From Bacteroidales bacterium (GTDB lineage Bacteria; Bacteroidota; Bacteroidia; Bacteroidales; WCHB1-69): a stretch of 64,000 nucleotides of DNA. A program made the position numbers and the translations under genes. The stretch spans positions 7,456-71,455 of the forward strand of contig JBBQWB010000004.1 in NCBI GenBank assembly GCA_038210985.1, given 5' to 3'. The notes below the pieces were generated by a model. The model saw only the letters and a list, made by a program, of their open reading frames with translations. It was not told the DNA's origin and did no database searches. Numbering within the stretch: the first letter of the stretch is position 1; each line of letters begins with the position of its first letter. Of this stretch, positions 1 to 9,476 are shown one piece after another.

Positions 1-3000
1 TTTGCTCCATAAACAATGTTACTTCCCGAAGTATATGCTGTCCATGAAGTCCAAGTTGTTCCGTTATACGTTCTAGATTCGTAAGTTTCAACACATCCAC
101 TTCCACCCGAACCGGCTGAAATTGTTGCCGAAATTGCAGCTCCTCTACAAACATCCAATTGATTTGGAGTTTTCGTAATTACTGGTGCAATTGGCTGAGG
201 ACTAACTGTCCAAGTATAAATTAATGTATCTGCTGGCGGACATTGACTTCCCGAAATACAGGATGTTCGATATCCTCTAATTTGAACTCCAATTGAGCCC
301 GAAGTGTTAATAACACCGCCAGCACTATAAAATGCCCATGCACTATAACCACTGCCCGAATTAATTCTATATTGTAAAGCATCTGCACATCCACTTCCTC
401 CAGTTCCAGGAGTTTGTATAGTGGCAGACACATTCACTCCTTCGCAAAGTGAAGCTAAATCTGGACTCTTTATTAAAATTGGATTTACTAAATTATTGAT
501 TATAAACCACGATACCGAATTAGTATCAGAAGAAGTACAACCAGATGCTACACTACAATTTGCTCGGTATCCACGTACTTCGACCTGGGTAACACTAGCA
601 CCATAATTAATACTTGCACCCGATGTATAGGAAGCCCAAGTTGACCATGAACCAGCATAAGTTCTAAATTGATAAGTATCCGAACAACCATCGCCACCCG
701 AACCAGGTGTAATGTTTGCTTTTAAGATTGTTCCGCGACAAACATCATCCGTATTTGGATTTCGAACAATTATTGGAGCAACAGGACCAGAAGTAACTGT
801 CCATGAATAAATTGCTGTATCCTGAGCAGGACATTCATCACCAGATGAACAAGCTCCTCTAAATCCACGAATTTGAACCTGAGTATATCCCGAAGTAGGA
901 ATAAAGTTTCCATCAATATAAGTAGCCCAAGCACTAAAACTTGTTCCATCATGAATTCTATATTGTAAAATATCTGAACAACCAACTCCACCCAAACCAG
1001 GTGTTGTAATTGAAGCAGAAACATTTATTCCACCACAAACTGAACTAATATTTGGATTTTTAGTAAGTATTGGATTTACTAAGGATGGATTTAAGTTCCA
1101 TGAAACAACATTCGTATCCGAAGATAAACACCCAGAGCTAAGATCACATCCACCTCGGAATGCCCTAATTTGAACTTGAGTAGTTCCAACTCCGTAGGTA
1201 ACATTTGCACCCGAAGTGTAAGTTATCCAAGCAGACCATGTTGTCCCATTAAATATTCTTGATTGATATGTGTTAGAGCAACCGCTTCCACCACTTCCAG
1301 GAGTTATTGTACCAGATAAAGGCACTCCAAAACATACACTATTTTGATTTGGATTTTTTGTAATAGTTGGAGCTACTGGACCAGTTATTACCGTCCAACT
1401 ATATATTAATGTATCTGCTGGAGGACATTCCTGACCCGAAACACATAAACCATGGATACCTCTTATTTGAACTTGTGTATAACCACTTGTAGAAATTGGA
1501 TTTCCTTCTAAATAATTTGCCCAAGCCGAAAAAACGACACCGTTATTAACTCTGTATTGAAGTATATCGGTACATCCAACTCCGCCTGTTCCTGAACTAA
1601 TTATAGTTGCAGAAACATTATTTCCTTGACAAATAGTTGCTACTGCTGGGTTTTTTAATAGGGTTGGATTGGTTAAACTAGGTGTTATATTCCATAAAGT
1701 TGAAATGGTATCCGAAGCAACATCGCCCGATGAAGGATCGCAGTTTCCACGCCATGCTCTAACTTCAACTTGGGTTGTATTAGCAGGATAAGGAATATTA
1801 ATACCAGAGGTATAGGAAATCCATGCATTCCAAACACCACTTACATAAGTTCTATATTGTGCATATTCTGAGCATGTAACTCCGCCACCATTAGAGGTTA
1901 CTGTTGCTGAAATAGGAATTCCAAAACAAACATCATTATTTGGATTACGAACAATTACTGGATTTTGAGGACCCGAAATTACCAACCAAGAGTATATTGC
2001 GGTGTCGGCTGGTGGGCAAGTACCTCCGCTTGAACAACTTCCTCTGAATCCTCGAACCTGTACTTCCGTTAAACCAGTTGTTGGAATATGATCACCAGCA
2101 ATATAATTTGACCATGCACTGTAAACAGCACCTGTTTTTGTTCTATATTGAAGAAGATCTGAACATCCAACACCTTGACCTCCAGGTGTTGATATAGTTG
2201 CAGAAACTTCTGTTCCATTTACAACACTTATTGAGTTGGGCGTTTTTGCTAAAATAGGATTTACCAAAATTTGATTGATAATCCATGATTTTACAATTGT
2301 ATCCGAAGCTGGACAACCGCCACCACAATTTCCCCTAAATGCTCGAACTTCCACATTAGAAGCATTAGAAGGGTAATTTATATTTTGACCTGTTGAGTAG
2401 TTATACCAAACCGACCACGAAGAACCTGAATAAATTCGATATTGAGAATAGTTTGTACAAGATACTCCTCCTGTACCACTACTTATGGAACCTGAAATTG
2501 CTGTACCATAACACACTTCCGCATGATTAGGAATTTTAGTGATAATTGGATCCGTTGGTGCACTAACTACAACCCATGAAACCTGATTTGTATCGGTTGG
2601 CGTGCAAGCACCACCACCAAAACAATTTCCTCTATATCCCCTAATAATAACACTTGATATACTTGTAGTTGAAATAGCATCACCTGGTATATAAACATTC
2701 CAAGATACACCACCATTAATAGAAAACTCGAGTATGTCTTCACAAGTATTGCCACCTGAACCTGGCACACTAATAGTCGCACTTACATTTGTCCCAGAAC
2801 ATACCTGAGCATAGTTTGGATTTTTAGCAATTGTAGGGTTAATAATGGACGGGTCAATTGTCCATGATACAATATTTGTATCCGAATTACCACAACCCAA
2901 TCCAGTACATGATCTAAAAACTCTAATTTCAACTTCTGTTCTACTTGGTGAAGTAGAAATATTATATCCTAAAGGATAAGTAATCCAGCCACTCCAGCCT

Positions 3001-6000
3001 GTAATTGTGTGATAATAACGATATTGATATACATCATTGCAAGAAGTACCGCCTGAACCAGCTACTATACTAGCTCTAACAGTTGAGCCTTGACAAACAA
3101 TATCAATATCTGGCACTCTAGTAAGTGTTGGTGCAACAATTGAACCCGAAACAGCCCAACTTGCTGAATTTGTATCCGATGAAGGACAGCTATACAAAGG
3201 ATTACAATCTGCTCTAAATGTTCTAATTTTAACAGAAGACAATCCAATGGTGTTGATTAAATCATTTGTGTTATATAAATTCCATGATGCACCTCCATCC
3301 ACAGAATATTCTGCAATATCAGAACAAGCATCGCCCCCAGAACCAGAAATTATGGTTGCCGAAACTTCTGCACCCTGACAAACTGTTGCAACATTTGGAT
3401 TTTTGGTTAAGGTTGGAGAAACCACACTTGGAACAACAATCCACGATACCAGACTTGTATCTGGATCGCAACCAGCTAAAGGATTACAATTATAATTATA
3501 CCCTCTCAACTCTACTTCGTTATATCCTGTAGTAGGAATTTGATATCCGGTTGGATAAAAACCCCAACTCGACCAAATATCAGTAGTTGCATTTTTTCTT
3601 CTGTATTGAAAATAATCAGAACAAGAATAACCTGAACCAGCAACAATAGTAACCGATACATTTTGGTTTGAACAAACATATTCTGAATTTGGAACTTTGG
3701 TTAATTGAGGTGCAACTGGAGCAGGAACAACTGTCCATGAATAAATATTGCCAGTAGATGATCCGCAAACAATTCCCCCAGAGCAATTTGTTCTTGTGGC
3801 TCTAATATCCACAGAGGATGTTGGAAAATCAGTTGTAATAATATCTCCTGGTAAATACATTTGCCACAAGCCACCATTTACTCTAACTTCGTACACATCT
3901 TCGCAACCCGAACCTCCACTACCTAATGTAGCAATTGTGGCATTCAAATCTGTTCCTTGGCATACGGTAGAAATACTTGGATTTCTGGTAAGAGTTGGGT
4001 TAACCACTCCTTGAACTATAGACCATTCTACTAAAGAAGTATCTGTGGATAAACAGCCTGTGCTTGGCGAGCAACCTCTAAATGCACGAACTTGAATTAT
4101 TGTTCTTGGCGAATTCGTATTAATACCCGAGCCCGAAATATACGTAAACCATGATGACCAGGTAGTACCATTATAATATCTATATTGCTTATAATCATTG
4201 CAACTGATGCCACCTGAACCAGTTGTAATTGTAGCACTTACTGAAGTTCCCATACAAACTTCATCTTGATCTGGAATTCTTGTAACGCTTGGAGGAGTGG
4301 CGGAAGCTACAACTGTCCATGAAACCACATTTGGTGCTGGATTGTTGCAATTACCACCTGGAGAACAATTACCTCTATAAGCACGAATTTCTATGGAAGT
4401 AGCACTGGATGCAGGAACCGAACTACCAATAGTATATGGTATCCACGATGACCACGATGAGCCATCGTTAGTTCGGTATTCAAAAACATCAGAACAACCA
4501 ACACCGCCACTTCCAGCAGTATTTATAGTTGCAGACACATTTTCTTCTTGACAAACGGATGTTCTATTTGGATTTTTTGTAATTGTTGGGTTTACAATAT
4601 TTGATGTTACTGTCCATGTTTCAACTAATGTGTCGCTTGTATTACAACCTGCTCCACTTGTACAATTCCCTTTCCATGCCCTAACTTGTATTGATTGACG
4701 TCCGTTAGCTAAAATATTTTGACCTGAAGTATAATTATACCATACCGACCAAGAGCCGCCTGTTAACATGCGGTATTGAGAATAATTTGTACAACCAATT
4801 CCACCTGGACTAGTTGTTATTGTTGCACGAATAGTGTCGTTATTACAAACATTATCTGCCGTTGGGTTTCTTATAATAGTTGGAGGTGTTGGTTGTAATT
4901 CAACTGTCCATGCATAAGTATTAATTAAGGAGTCTCCACAAATACCACCTGGGGCACAATTTCCTCGCCATGCTCTAATTTCTACACCACCTAAACCAAC
5001 GGAAGATATACCAGTACCTGGAACATAGGTTTGCCATGCTGACCATGAACCTGTACTTGTTCGATATTGATAACTATCGCTACAACCAGAACCACCAGAG
5101 CCACTTGTAGCAATAGTTGCCGAAACACTTGTTCCTTGACAAACCGAAGACAAGTTAGGTTGTTTTGTCATTGTTGGGGAAGTAACGGTAAAATTATTAA
5201 CCGTCCATGAATAAACATTTTCTGCAAAACATCCAGAAGCAACATCGCAGCTTCTAAATGCTTTAATTTCAATAGCTGTTCTACCAACTGAACTTATATT
5301 ACTGCCTGGAGTATATGCAAACCATGTTGTCCATGAGCCAGAAGCAAAATATCGATATTGATATACGTCTGCACAACCATCGCCACCCGAACCTGCAACT
5401 AAAACAGTAGCAGAAACTGGATTTCCTGAGCAAACTTCACCTCCAGATGGAGTGGGCGTCATTGTTGCTGCAGATACCGAAGATACTGTCCACGAAGCCA
5501 GTTGAGAAAATGCAGAAGTAGTACAACCACTTCCCAAACTACAATTTCCACGAGCGGCACGAATCAATATAGTAGTTGCTCCAATAGTTGAAATATTTTG
5601 ACCAGAAGTGTAAGAACTCCAAGAGCTACCATTATTTGTACTAAACTCCACTATATCCGAGCATCCTGAACCACCCGTGCCTGAATTTATCGTGGCATTC
5701 ACGTTCACTCCCGTACAAACGGTAGTTAAGTTTGGTGTTTTAGCAAGAAGAGTAGGAGCTACTGGTTGAGAAACAACCGACCACATGGCTGTGTTCCAAT
5801 TACTGAAACATTGTCCATTAGACGACATCTTCCTTGTTCTTATTTGAACTATGTTTGTACCAGTAGCAGTTGTTGTGATTGAACTACCTGGAGCATATGT
5901 ATTCCAAGCAACTCCTCCATTTACAGAATATTCATAGTAATCAACCGCGGTACCACTTGGGTTTGTACCACCCGAAAAAGTTGCACTAATAGTTGCACCC

Positions 6001-7200
6001 TGACAAACAGTGGAACCAGATGAAGGAACTCCTGTTATATTTTTTGAAGTTGGAGCATCATACACATTTACGGTATATTGAGTTCCATCTGCTAAATTAC
6101 AACCTAATGTAGTTGGAATGGCAGTATATTGTGGTCGATAATAATATGTAGTAACAGAGGGTGGAGTATCTGGACTAGTAATAGTAGTACCCGAACCAGA
6201 AAACGACAATGCTCTTACCCAATTTATAACACCACCCAAACCACCATTCACATTCGCACTAAAATTAACTTGACCACCTAAGCACAAAGATGTTGGTGTC
6301 AAAGTAACTCCTGACCATGTAGGATCTGAAATAACAGCTAATTTACTACTTGAACCTGGATTAATATTACAACCAGTGTTTGTTGGATTAGCAACATACG
6401 TAGGATAATAATAGAAAGTTCCAGTAGAATTTGGAGAATTTGGAGAAGTTACTTGACTTCCTCCAACTCCTTCCGTTGTGGATCGATACCAACGTATAAA
6501 ACCACCAACACCTCCTATAAAATCACCTGCTAAATCTACACTTCCACCAATACAAATGGAATCACGTGTAATACTAGTTGTTCCCCATGATGGGTCAGAA
6601 ATAGACTGCCAGCTAACCGAATTTGTATCCGAAGTTTCGCAACCACCACCAGTACATTCACGCCAACTTTCAATAAAAATAACTTGTCCAATATTAATTG
6701 CATCCACCGATGGTCGAGTTGTTAATTTTGCCGACCAGCTTATTCCACCGTCATCCGAATATCTGTAATAATCAACACAAGAACCTTGACCACCAGAACC
6801 TGTTGAATTTGTAGTTGAAACCGTACCACCGATACAAATTTGTGCAGTGTTAGGGCTCTTTATCAGAGGCGGTGCTGTTGGATCGTTATAAACCGCCCAA
6901 TAAACCGATGATGATTGTCCAGAAGTGTCACAACCATATCCACTACAAATTGTACGAGCACGGGCATAATAATTACCTTGTGAATTTGCATAAAAGCTAT
7001 TGTTTGTGTTCCACGAAATTGTATCAAAACTTGAAGTTGAATAACTTGCAGCATATACATAATAACAACTACCAACACCTCCTGTTGAACCCGTAGCAGT
7101 TGGGGTAACATTTGCCCCAATACAAACTGCCGTATTTGGATTTTTTACAATACTTGTAGGAGCAGTTTGCCTAACTGCTACCGCCCAAGTAACTTCAACC
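1..7200 (-). repeat. Array of about 25 divergent tandem coding modules, period about 285-300 nt (~97 aa)
   Basis: A conserved Trp-containing module boundary (plus strand ...GTCCATGA.. / ..CCAAG..) recurs near 205, 505, 798, 1097, 1392, 1690, 1983, 2283, 2573, 2865, 3155, 3440, 3733, 4022, 4315, 4612, 4905, 5203, 5490, 5780, 6605, 6893 and 7183. Copies are diverged, not identical. Confidence 0.8.
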
Positions 7201-7553
7201 CATGCGGATGTATCACAACCAGCTCCCCCGGTGCATGCAATACGAGCTCTAATTCTCATTGTTCCAGCCGAACCTCCTACACTTATGGTACTGCCAACCG
7301 TCATATTTATCCATGAACTGGCTCCAGGTAGCATACGTTGTTGTTCGTATATACACGAACAACTACCACTGGGCAATCCTCCTAAGGTAACTCCAACTAG
7401 AGAGTTAACGCAGACTGAATCATAATTTTGAACTTTTGTAACAATTGGTGGATTTACAGAATACACGTTCAACACTAAAAGCGTGAATAACAAAGTAAAA
7501 CCAGCCTTCCAAGTTAACACATTAACTGAAAACAAAGTAAATATTTTATTCAT
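1..7553 (-). CDS. Giant tandem-repeat secreted/cell-surface protein, N-terminal part (at least 2517 codons). The 3' end lies beyond the left window edge. Absent from the supplied ORF track.
   Basis: ATG at 7553-7551 (reverse complement) gives MNKIFTLFSVNVLTWKAGFTLLFTLLVLNVYSVNPPIVTKVQNYDSVCVNSL..., with a signal-peptide-like hydrophobic stretch. I read the frame by hand from 7553 to about 4890 and re-checked it at 5207, 3740, 2285 and 59-3. It is always the same frame (first codon base = 2 mod 3) and always lands on the conserved module Trp. The track lists no ORF in this frame, as expected for an ORF with no stop inside the window. Confidence 0.85.
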   Translation of the reverse strand, partial: MNKIFTLFSVNVLTWKAGFTLLFTLLVLNVYSVNPPIVTKVQNYDSVCVNSLVGVTLGGLPSGSCSCIYEQQRMLPGASSWINMTVGSTISVGGSAGTMRIRARIACTGGAGCDTSAWVEVTWAVAVRQTAPTSIVKNPNTAVCIGANVTPTATGSTGGVGSCYYVYAASYSTSSFDTISWNTNNSFYANSQGNYYARARTICSGYGCDTSGQSSSVYWAVYNDPTAPPLIKSPNTAQICIGGTVSTTNSTGSGGQGSCVDYYRYSDDGGISWSAKLTTRPSVDAINIGQVIFIESWRECTGGGCETSDTNSVSWQSISDPSWGTTSITRDSICIGGSVDLAGDFIGGVGGFIRWYRSTTEGVGGSQVTSPNSPNSTGTFYYYPTYVANPTNTGCNINPGSSSKLAVISDPTWSGVTLTPTSLCLGGQVNFSANVNGGLGGVINWVRALSFSGSGTTITSPDTPPSVTTYYYRPQYTAIPTTLGCNLADGTQYTVNVYDAPTSKNITGVPSSGSTVCQGATISATFSGGTNPSGTAVDYYEYSVNGGVAWNTYAPGSSITTTATGTNIVQIRTRKMSSNGQCFSNWNTAMWSVVSQPVAPTLLAKTPNLTTVCTGVNVNATINSGTGGSGCSDIVEFSTNNGSSWSSYTSGQNISTIGATTILIRAARGNCSLGSGCTTSAFSQLASWTVSSVSAATMTPTPSGGEVCSGNPVSATVLVAGSGGDGCADVYQYRYFASGSWTTWFAYTPGSNISSVGRTAIEIKAFRSCDVASGCFAENVYSWTVNNFTVTSPTMTKQPNLSSVCQGTSVSATIATSGSGGSGCSDSYQYRTSTGSWSAWQTYVPGTGISSVGLGGVEIRAWRGNCAPGGICGDSLINTYAWTVELQPTPPTIIRNPTADNVCNNDTIRATITTSPGGIGCTNYSQYRMLTGGSWSVWYNYTSGQNILANGRQSIQVRAWKGNCTSGAGCNTSDTLVETWTVTSNIVNPTITKNPNRTSVCQEENVSATINTAGSGGVGCSDVFEYRTNDGSSWSSWIPYTIGSSVPASSATSIEIRAYRGNCSPGGNCNNPAPNVVSWTVVASATPPSVTRIPDQDEVCMGTSVSATITTGSGGISCNDYKQYRYYNGTTWSSWFTYISGSGINTNSPRTIIQVRAFRGCSPSTGCLSTDTSLVEWSIVQGVVNPTLTRNPSISTVCQGTDLNATIATLGSGGSGCEDVYEVRVNGGLWQMYLPGDIITTDFPTSSVDIRATRTNCSGGIVCGSSTGNIYSWTVVPAPVAPQLTKVPNSEYVCSNQNVSVTIVAGSGYSCSDYFQYRRKNATTDIWSSWGFYPTGYQIPTTGYNEVELRGYNYNCNPLAGCDPDTSLVSWIVVPSVVSPTLTKNPNVATVCQGAEVSATIISGSGGDACSDIAEYSVDGGASWNLYNTNDLINTIGLSSVKIRTFRADCNPLYSCPSSDTNSASWAVSGSIVAPTLTRVPDIDIVCQGSTVRASIVAGSGGTSCNDVYQYRYYHTITGWSGWITYPLGYNISTSPSRTEVEIRVFRSCTGLGCGNSDTNIVSWTIDPSIINPTIAKNPNYAQVCSGTNVSATISVPGSGGNTCEDILEFSINGGVSWNVYIPGDAISTTSISSVIIRGYRGNCFGGGACTPTDTNQVSWVVVSAPTDPIITKIPNHAEVCYGTAISGSISSGTGGVSCTNYSQYRIYSGSSWSVWYNYSTGQNINYPSNASNVEVRAFRGNCGGGCPASDTIVKSWIINQILVNPILAKTPNSISVVNGTEVSATISTPGGQGVGCSDLLQYRTKTGAVYSAWSNYIAGDHIPTTGLTEVQVRGFRGSCSSGGTCPPADTAIYSWLVISGPQNPVIVRNPNNDVCFGIPISATVTSNGGGVTCSEYAQYRTYVSGVWNAWISYTSGINIPYPANTTQVEVRAWRGNCDPSSGDVASDTISTLWNITPSLTNPTLLKNPAVATICQGNNVSATIISSGTGGVGCTDILQYRVNNGVVFSAWANYLEGNPISTSGYTQVQIRGIHGLCVSGQECPPADTLIYSWTVITGPVAPTITKNPNQNSVCFGVPLSGTITPGSGGSGCSNTYQSRIFNGTTWSAWITYTSGANVTYGVGTTQVQIRAFRGGCDLSSGCLSSDTNVVSWNLNPSLVNPILTKNPNISSVCGGINVSASITTPGLGGVGCSDILQYRIHDGTSFSAWATYIDGNFIPTSGYTQVQIRGFRGACSSGDECPAQDTAIYSWTVTSGPVAPIIVRNPNTDDVCRGTILKANITPGSGGDGCSDTYQFRTYAGSWSTWASYTSGASINYGASVTQVEVRGYRANCSVASGCTSSDTNSVSWFIINNLVNPILIKSPDLASLCEGVNVSATIQTPGTGGSGCADALQYRINSGSGYSAWAFYSAGGVINTSGSIGVQIRGYRTSCISGSQCPPADTLIYTWTVSPQPIAPVITKTPNQLDVCRGAAISATISAGSGGSGCVETYESRTYNGTTWTSWTAYTSGSNIVYGA

Positions 7554-7623
7554 AGTACAAGAATTTCGAATTTAAAAAAACTGCTCAAAGCCTATAATAT
7601 ATTTATACTAATATAACAATCTT

Positions 7624-7631
7624 CAAAAGTA
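7624..7631 (-). promoter_or_regulatory. Candidate Bacteroidota sigma-A -7 box (TACTTTTG) for the giant gene
   Basis: The reverse complement of CAAAAGTA matches TAnnTTTG, 71 nt upstream of the ATG at 7553. Confidence 0.35.
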
Positions 7632-7820
7632 AAAAAAAAAACTAACATATACAAGATTCTTTAACAACATAAAAACCTCACTCAAATCTCATGCTTTTTT
7701 GCTTTAATGGCAAATATTTAATACTCATTTTTATGAAAAAAAGTTTCTGTAAAACCCATTATAATAAAATAGACAATGATTTTTTTTAATTAGATGCCTG
7801 ATTTTTTGTTTTAAATTATA

Positions 7821-7854
7821 AAACTCTTGATTATCTGATATTTACACAAGAGTT
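7821..7854. other. Stem-loop (AAACTCTTG ... CAAGAGTT) in the divergent intergenic region
   Basis: 8-9 bp inverted repeat with a 17-nt loop, read directly. Confidence 0.4.
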
Positions 7855-7864
7855 GAAAACAGAT

Positions 7865-7908
7865 AAAAACTGGTTATTAACCGTTTTTTGTTAATAACCA
7901 GTTTTTTT
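7865..7908. other. Terminator-like hairpin flanked by an A-run and a T-run, upstream of the rplU promoter
   Basis: AACTGGTTATTAA (7868-7880) pairs perfectly with TTAATAACCAGTT (7891-7903). AAAAA precedes it and TTTTTTT follows it. No gene ends here on either strand. Confidence 0.45.
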
Positions 7909-7941
7909 ATGACATAATGATAAACTTTCAAAAAAAAAGTT

Positions 7942-7949
7942 TACTTTTG
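7942..7949 (+). promoter_or_regulatory. Candidate -7 box TACTTTTG for rplU-rpmA
   Basis: Matches the Bacteroidota consensus TAnnTTTG, 46 nt upstream of the rplU ATG. Confidence 0.45.
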
Positions 7950-7994
7950 CAGTTCTGAAAAAAAAGAATATTAACAAATCTAAAAATTAAACGG

Positions 7995-8306
7995 ATGTAC
8001 GCAATTGTAGAAATCGCCGGACAACAATTTAAAGTTGTCAAAGATCAGCAGATTTTCGTTCATCGTTTGCAAGCCGAAGAAGGCGCAAATGTTGAATTTG
8101 AAAAAGTTATGCTGACCGATAACGAAGGCAAAATTAGTATCGGAACACCCCTCGTACAAGGTGCCAAAGTTTCCGCGACAATCTTAAATCACCTAAGAGC
8201 AGACAAAGTTCTTGTTTTTAAGAAAAAACGCAGAAAAGGGTATCAAAAAATGAATGGGCATCGTCAGTATTTAACCAAGTTAAAAATCGACGAAATAGTA
8301 TTTTAA
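7995..8306 (+). CDS. rplU: 50S ribosomal protein L21
   Basis: [14 protein letters not shown]... is a typical L21 N-terminus; 103 aa; followed by rpmA. Confidence 0.95.
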   Translation: MYAIVEIAGQQFKVVKDQQIFVHRLQAEEGANVEFEKVMLTDNEGKISIGTPLVQGAKVSATILNHLRADKVLVFKKKRRKGYQKMNGHRQYLTKLKIDEIVF

Positions 8307-8337
8307 ATTAATTTGAATCGAATAAAATTTATCAATT

Positions 8338-8601
8338 ATGGCACATAAAAAAGGTGTAGGTAGTTCAAATAACGGTCGCGAATCACATAGCAAGCGTTTG
8401 GGCGTTAAATTGTTTGGCGGACAAATCGCTACTGCCGGTAATATCATCGTTCGCCAAAGAGGTACTTTGCACAATCCTGGCGAAAATGTCGGATTAGGAA
8501 AAGATCATACTCTTTATGCTCTTATTGACGGAACTGTTGTATTTAGAAAGAAAAAAGATGGAAAATCTTTTGTAACCGTTAAGTCAATCGAACAAAATTA
8601 A
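8338..8601 (+). CDS. rpmA: 50S ribosomal protein L27
   Basis: [27 protein letters not shown] is the L27 signature; 87 aa. Confidence 0.95.
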   Translation: MAHKKGVGSSNNGRESHSKRLGVKLFGGQIATAGNIIVRQRGTLHNPGENVGLGKDHTLYALIDGTVVFRKKKDGKSFVTVKSIEQN

Positions 8602-8620
8602 AAACATCGCATTATAAAAA

Positions 8621-8651
8621 AAACCTTTCTGAATTCAGAAAGGTTTTTTTT
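8621..8651. terminator. Bidirectional rho-independent terminator between rpmA (+) and lemA (-)
   Basis: Perfect palindrome AAACCTTTCTGAATTCAGAAAGGTTT (8621-8646) flanked by an A-run and a T-run. Confidence 0.8.
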
Positions 8652-8671
8652 ATAACCATAAATTCAGAAAC

Positions 8672-9349
8672 TTATTTTTTATCTGTTTCTTCTGTAAACA
8701 ATTCAGTCGCTTTATCCGATTCTTTTTGAGGTGTAAATTTTTGAATATCTCTTTCCCAAACATTATACTCTTTAACAAAATCAAACATGTTACCAACTAT
8801 ATTTGTTGGAAAACTTAATCTGCGTTTATTGTAATTTTTAGCGGCTTCGTTAAACGTTTCTCGTGCACTAAAAATAATTTGTTCTGTTTCTTTTAAGTCT
8901 GCCATCAACTGAATGTATAATGCATCCGCTTTCAAGTTTGGATAATTTTCGGAAACCATCATTAATCTCGATAATGTTGAACTTAAGCCATTTTGTTGTT
9001 GTTGAAATTGTTGCATCGTGTTTTCGTCAACCTTGTCTGTTTTAATTGTAACCGCAGTCGCCTTTGACCGTGCTTCCTGAACTTCAACTAAGGTTTGGTT
9101 TTCGTGTTTTGCATATCGATCCACCGTATTTGCAAGATTTTTAATTAAATCTAATCTACGTTGATACCCATTTTCAACTTGTGCCCACTTTTCTTTCAAA
9201 ACTTGCTCTGAAGAAATTAATCGGTTGTACGAAAACCACATCCATATTCCAAGAATTAAAAATATAACAAATAAAACGCTACCTATCATTACACCTGCTA
9301 AGCATCCCGTTCCTTTGTTATTCGGTTTTGTTGTTTGATTTTGTTCCAT
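8672..9349 (-). CDS. lemA: LemA family membrane protein
   Basis: N-terminal TM segment, then YNRL...KWAQVENGYQRRLDLIKNLANTV, a typical LemA core. Confidence 0.8.
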   Translation of the reverse strand: MEQNQTTKPNNKGTGCLAGVMIGSVLFVIFLILGIWMWFSYNRLISSEQVLKEKWAQVENGYQRRLDLIKNLANTVDRYAKHENQTLVEVQEARSKATAVTIKTDKVDENTMQQFQQQQNGLSSTLSRLMMVSENYPNLKADALYIQLMADLKETEQIIFSARETFNEAAKNYNKRRLSFPTNIVGNMFDFVKEYNVWERDIQKFTPQKESDKATELFTEETDKK

Positions 9350-9476
9350 GTTTTTAAATTTTATTGTTTAACAAAAGTAATGAAAAATTATTACATGTTA
9401 ATTTTCAAAAAAACAATTTTACTTGCCTAGTGTTATTCATAAAATGAGTGTACATTTGTTTTTAAAATTTAGATTT

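Noticed and set aside
221-7425. Thirteen short track ORFs (60-103 aa, both strands) scattered across the first 7.5 kb
   Set aside because: All lie in frames other than the long open minus-strand frame. Their products are low-complexity shadows (L/V/Q/H-rich or P/S/T-rich) of the repeat gene, and none has its own start context. They are explained by the giant CDS.
1-7553. The repeat region as an assembly artefact or a pseudogene
   Set aside because: The modules are diverged at the DNA level rather than collapsed identical copies. One frame stays open for more than 7.5 kb in an AT-rich genome where random frames close quickly. The module count could still be mis-assembled.
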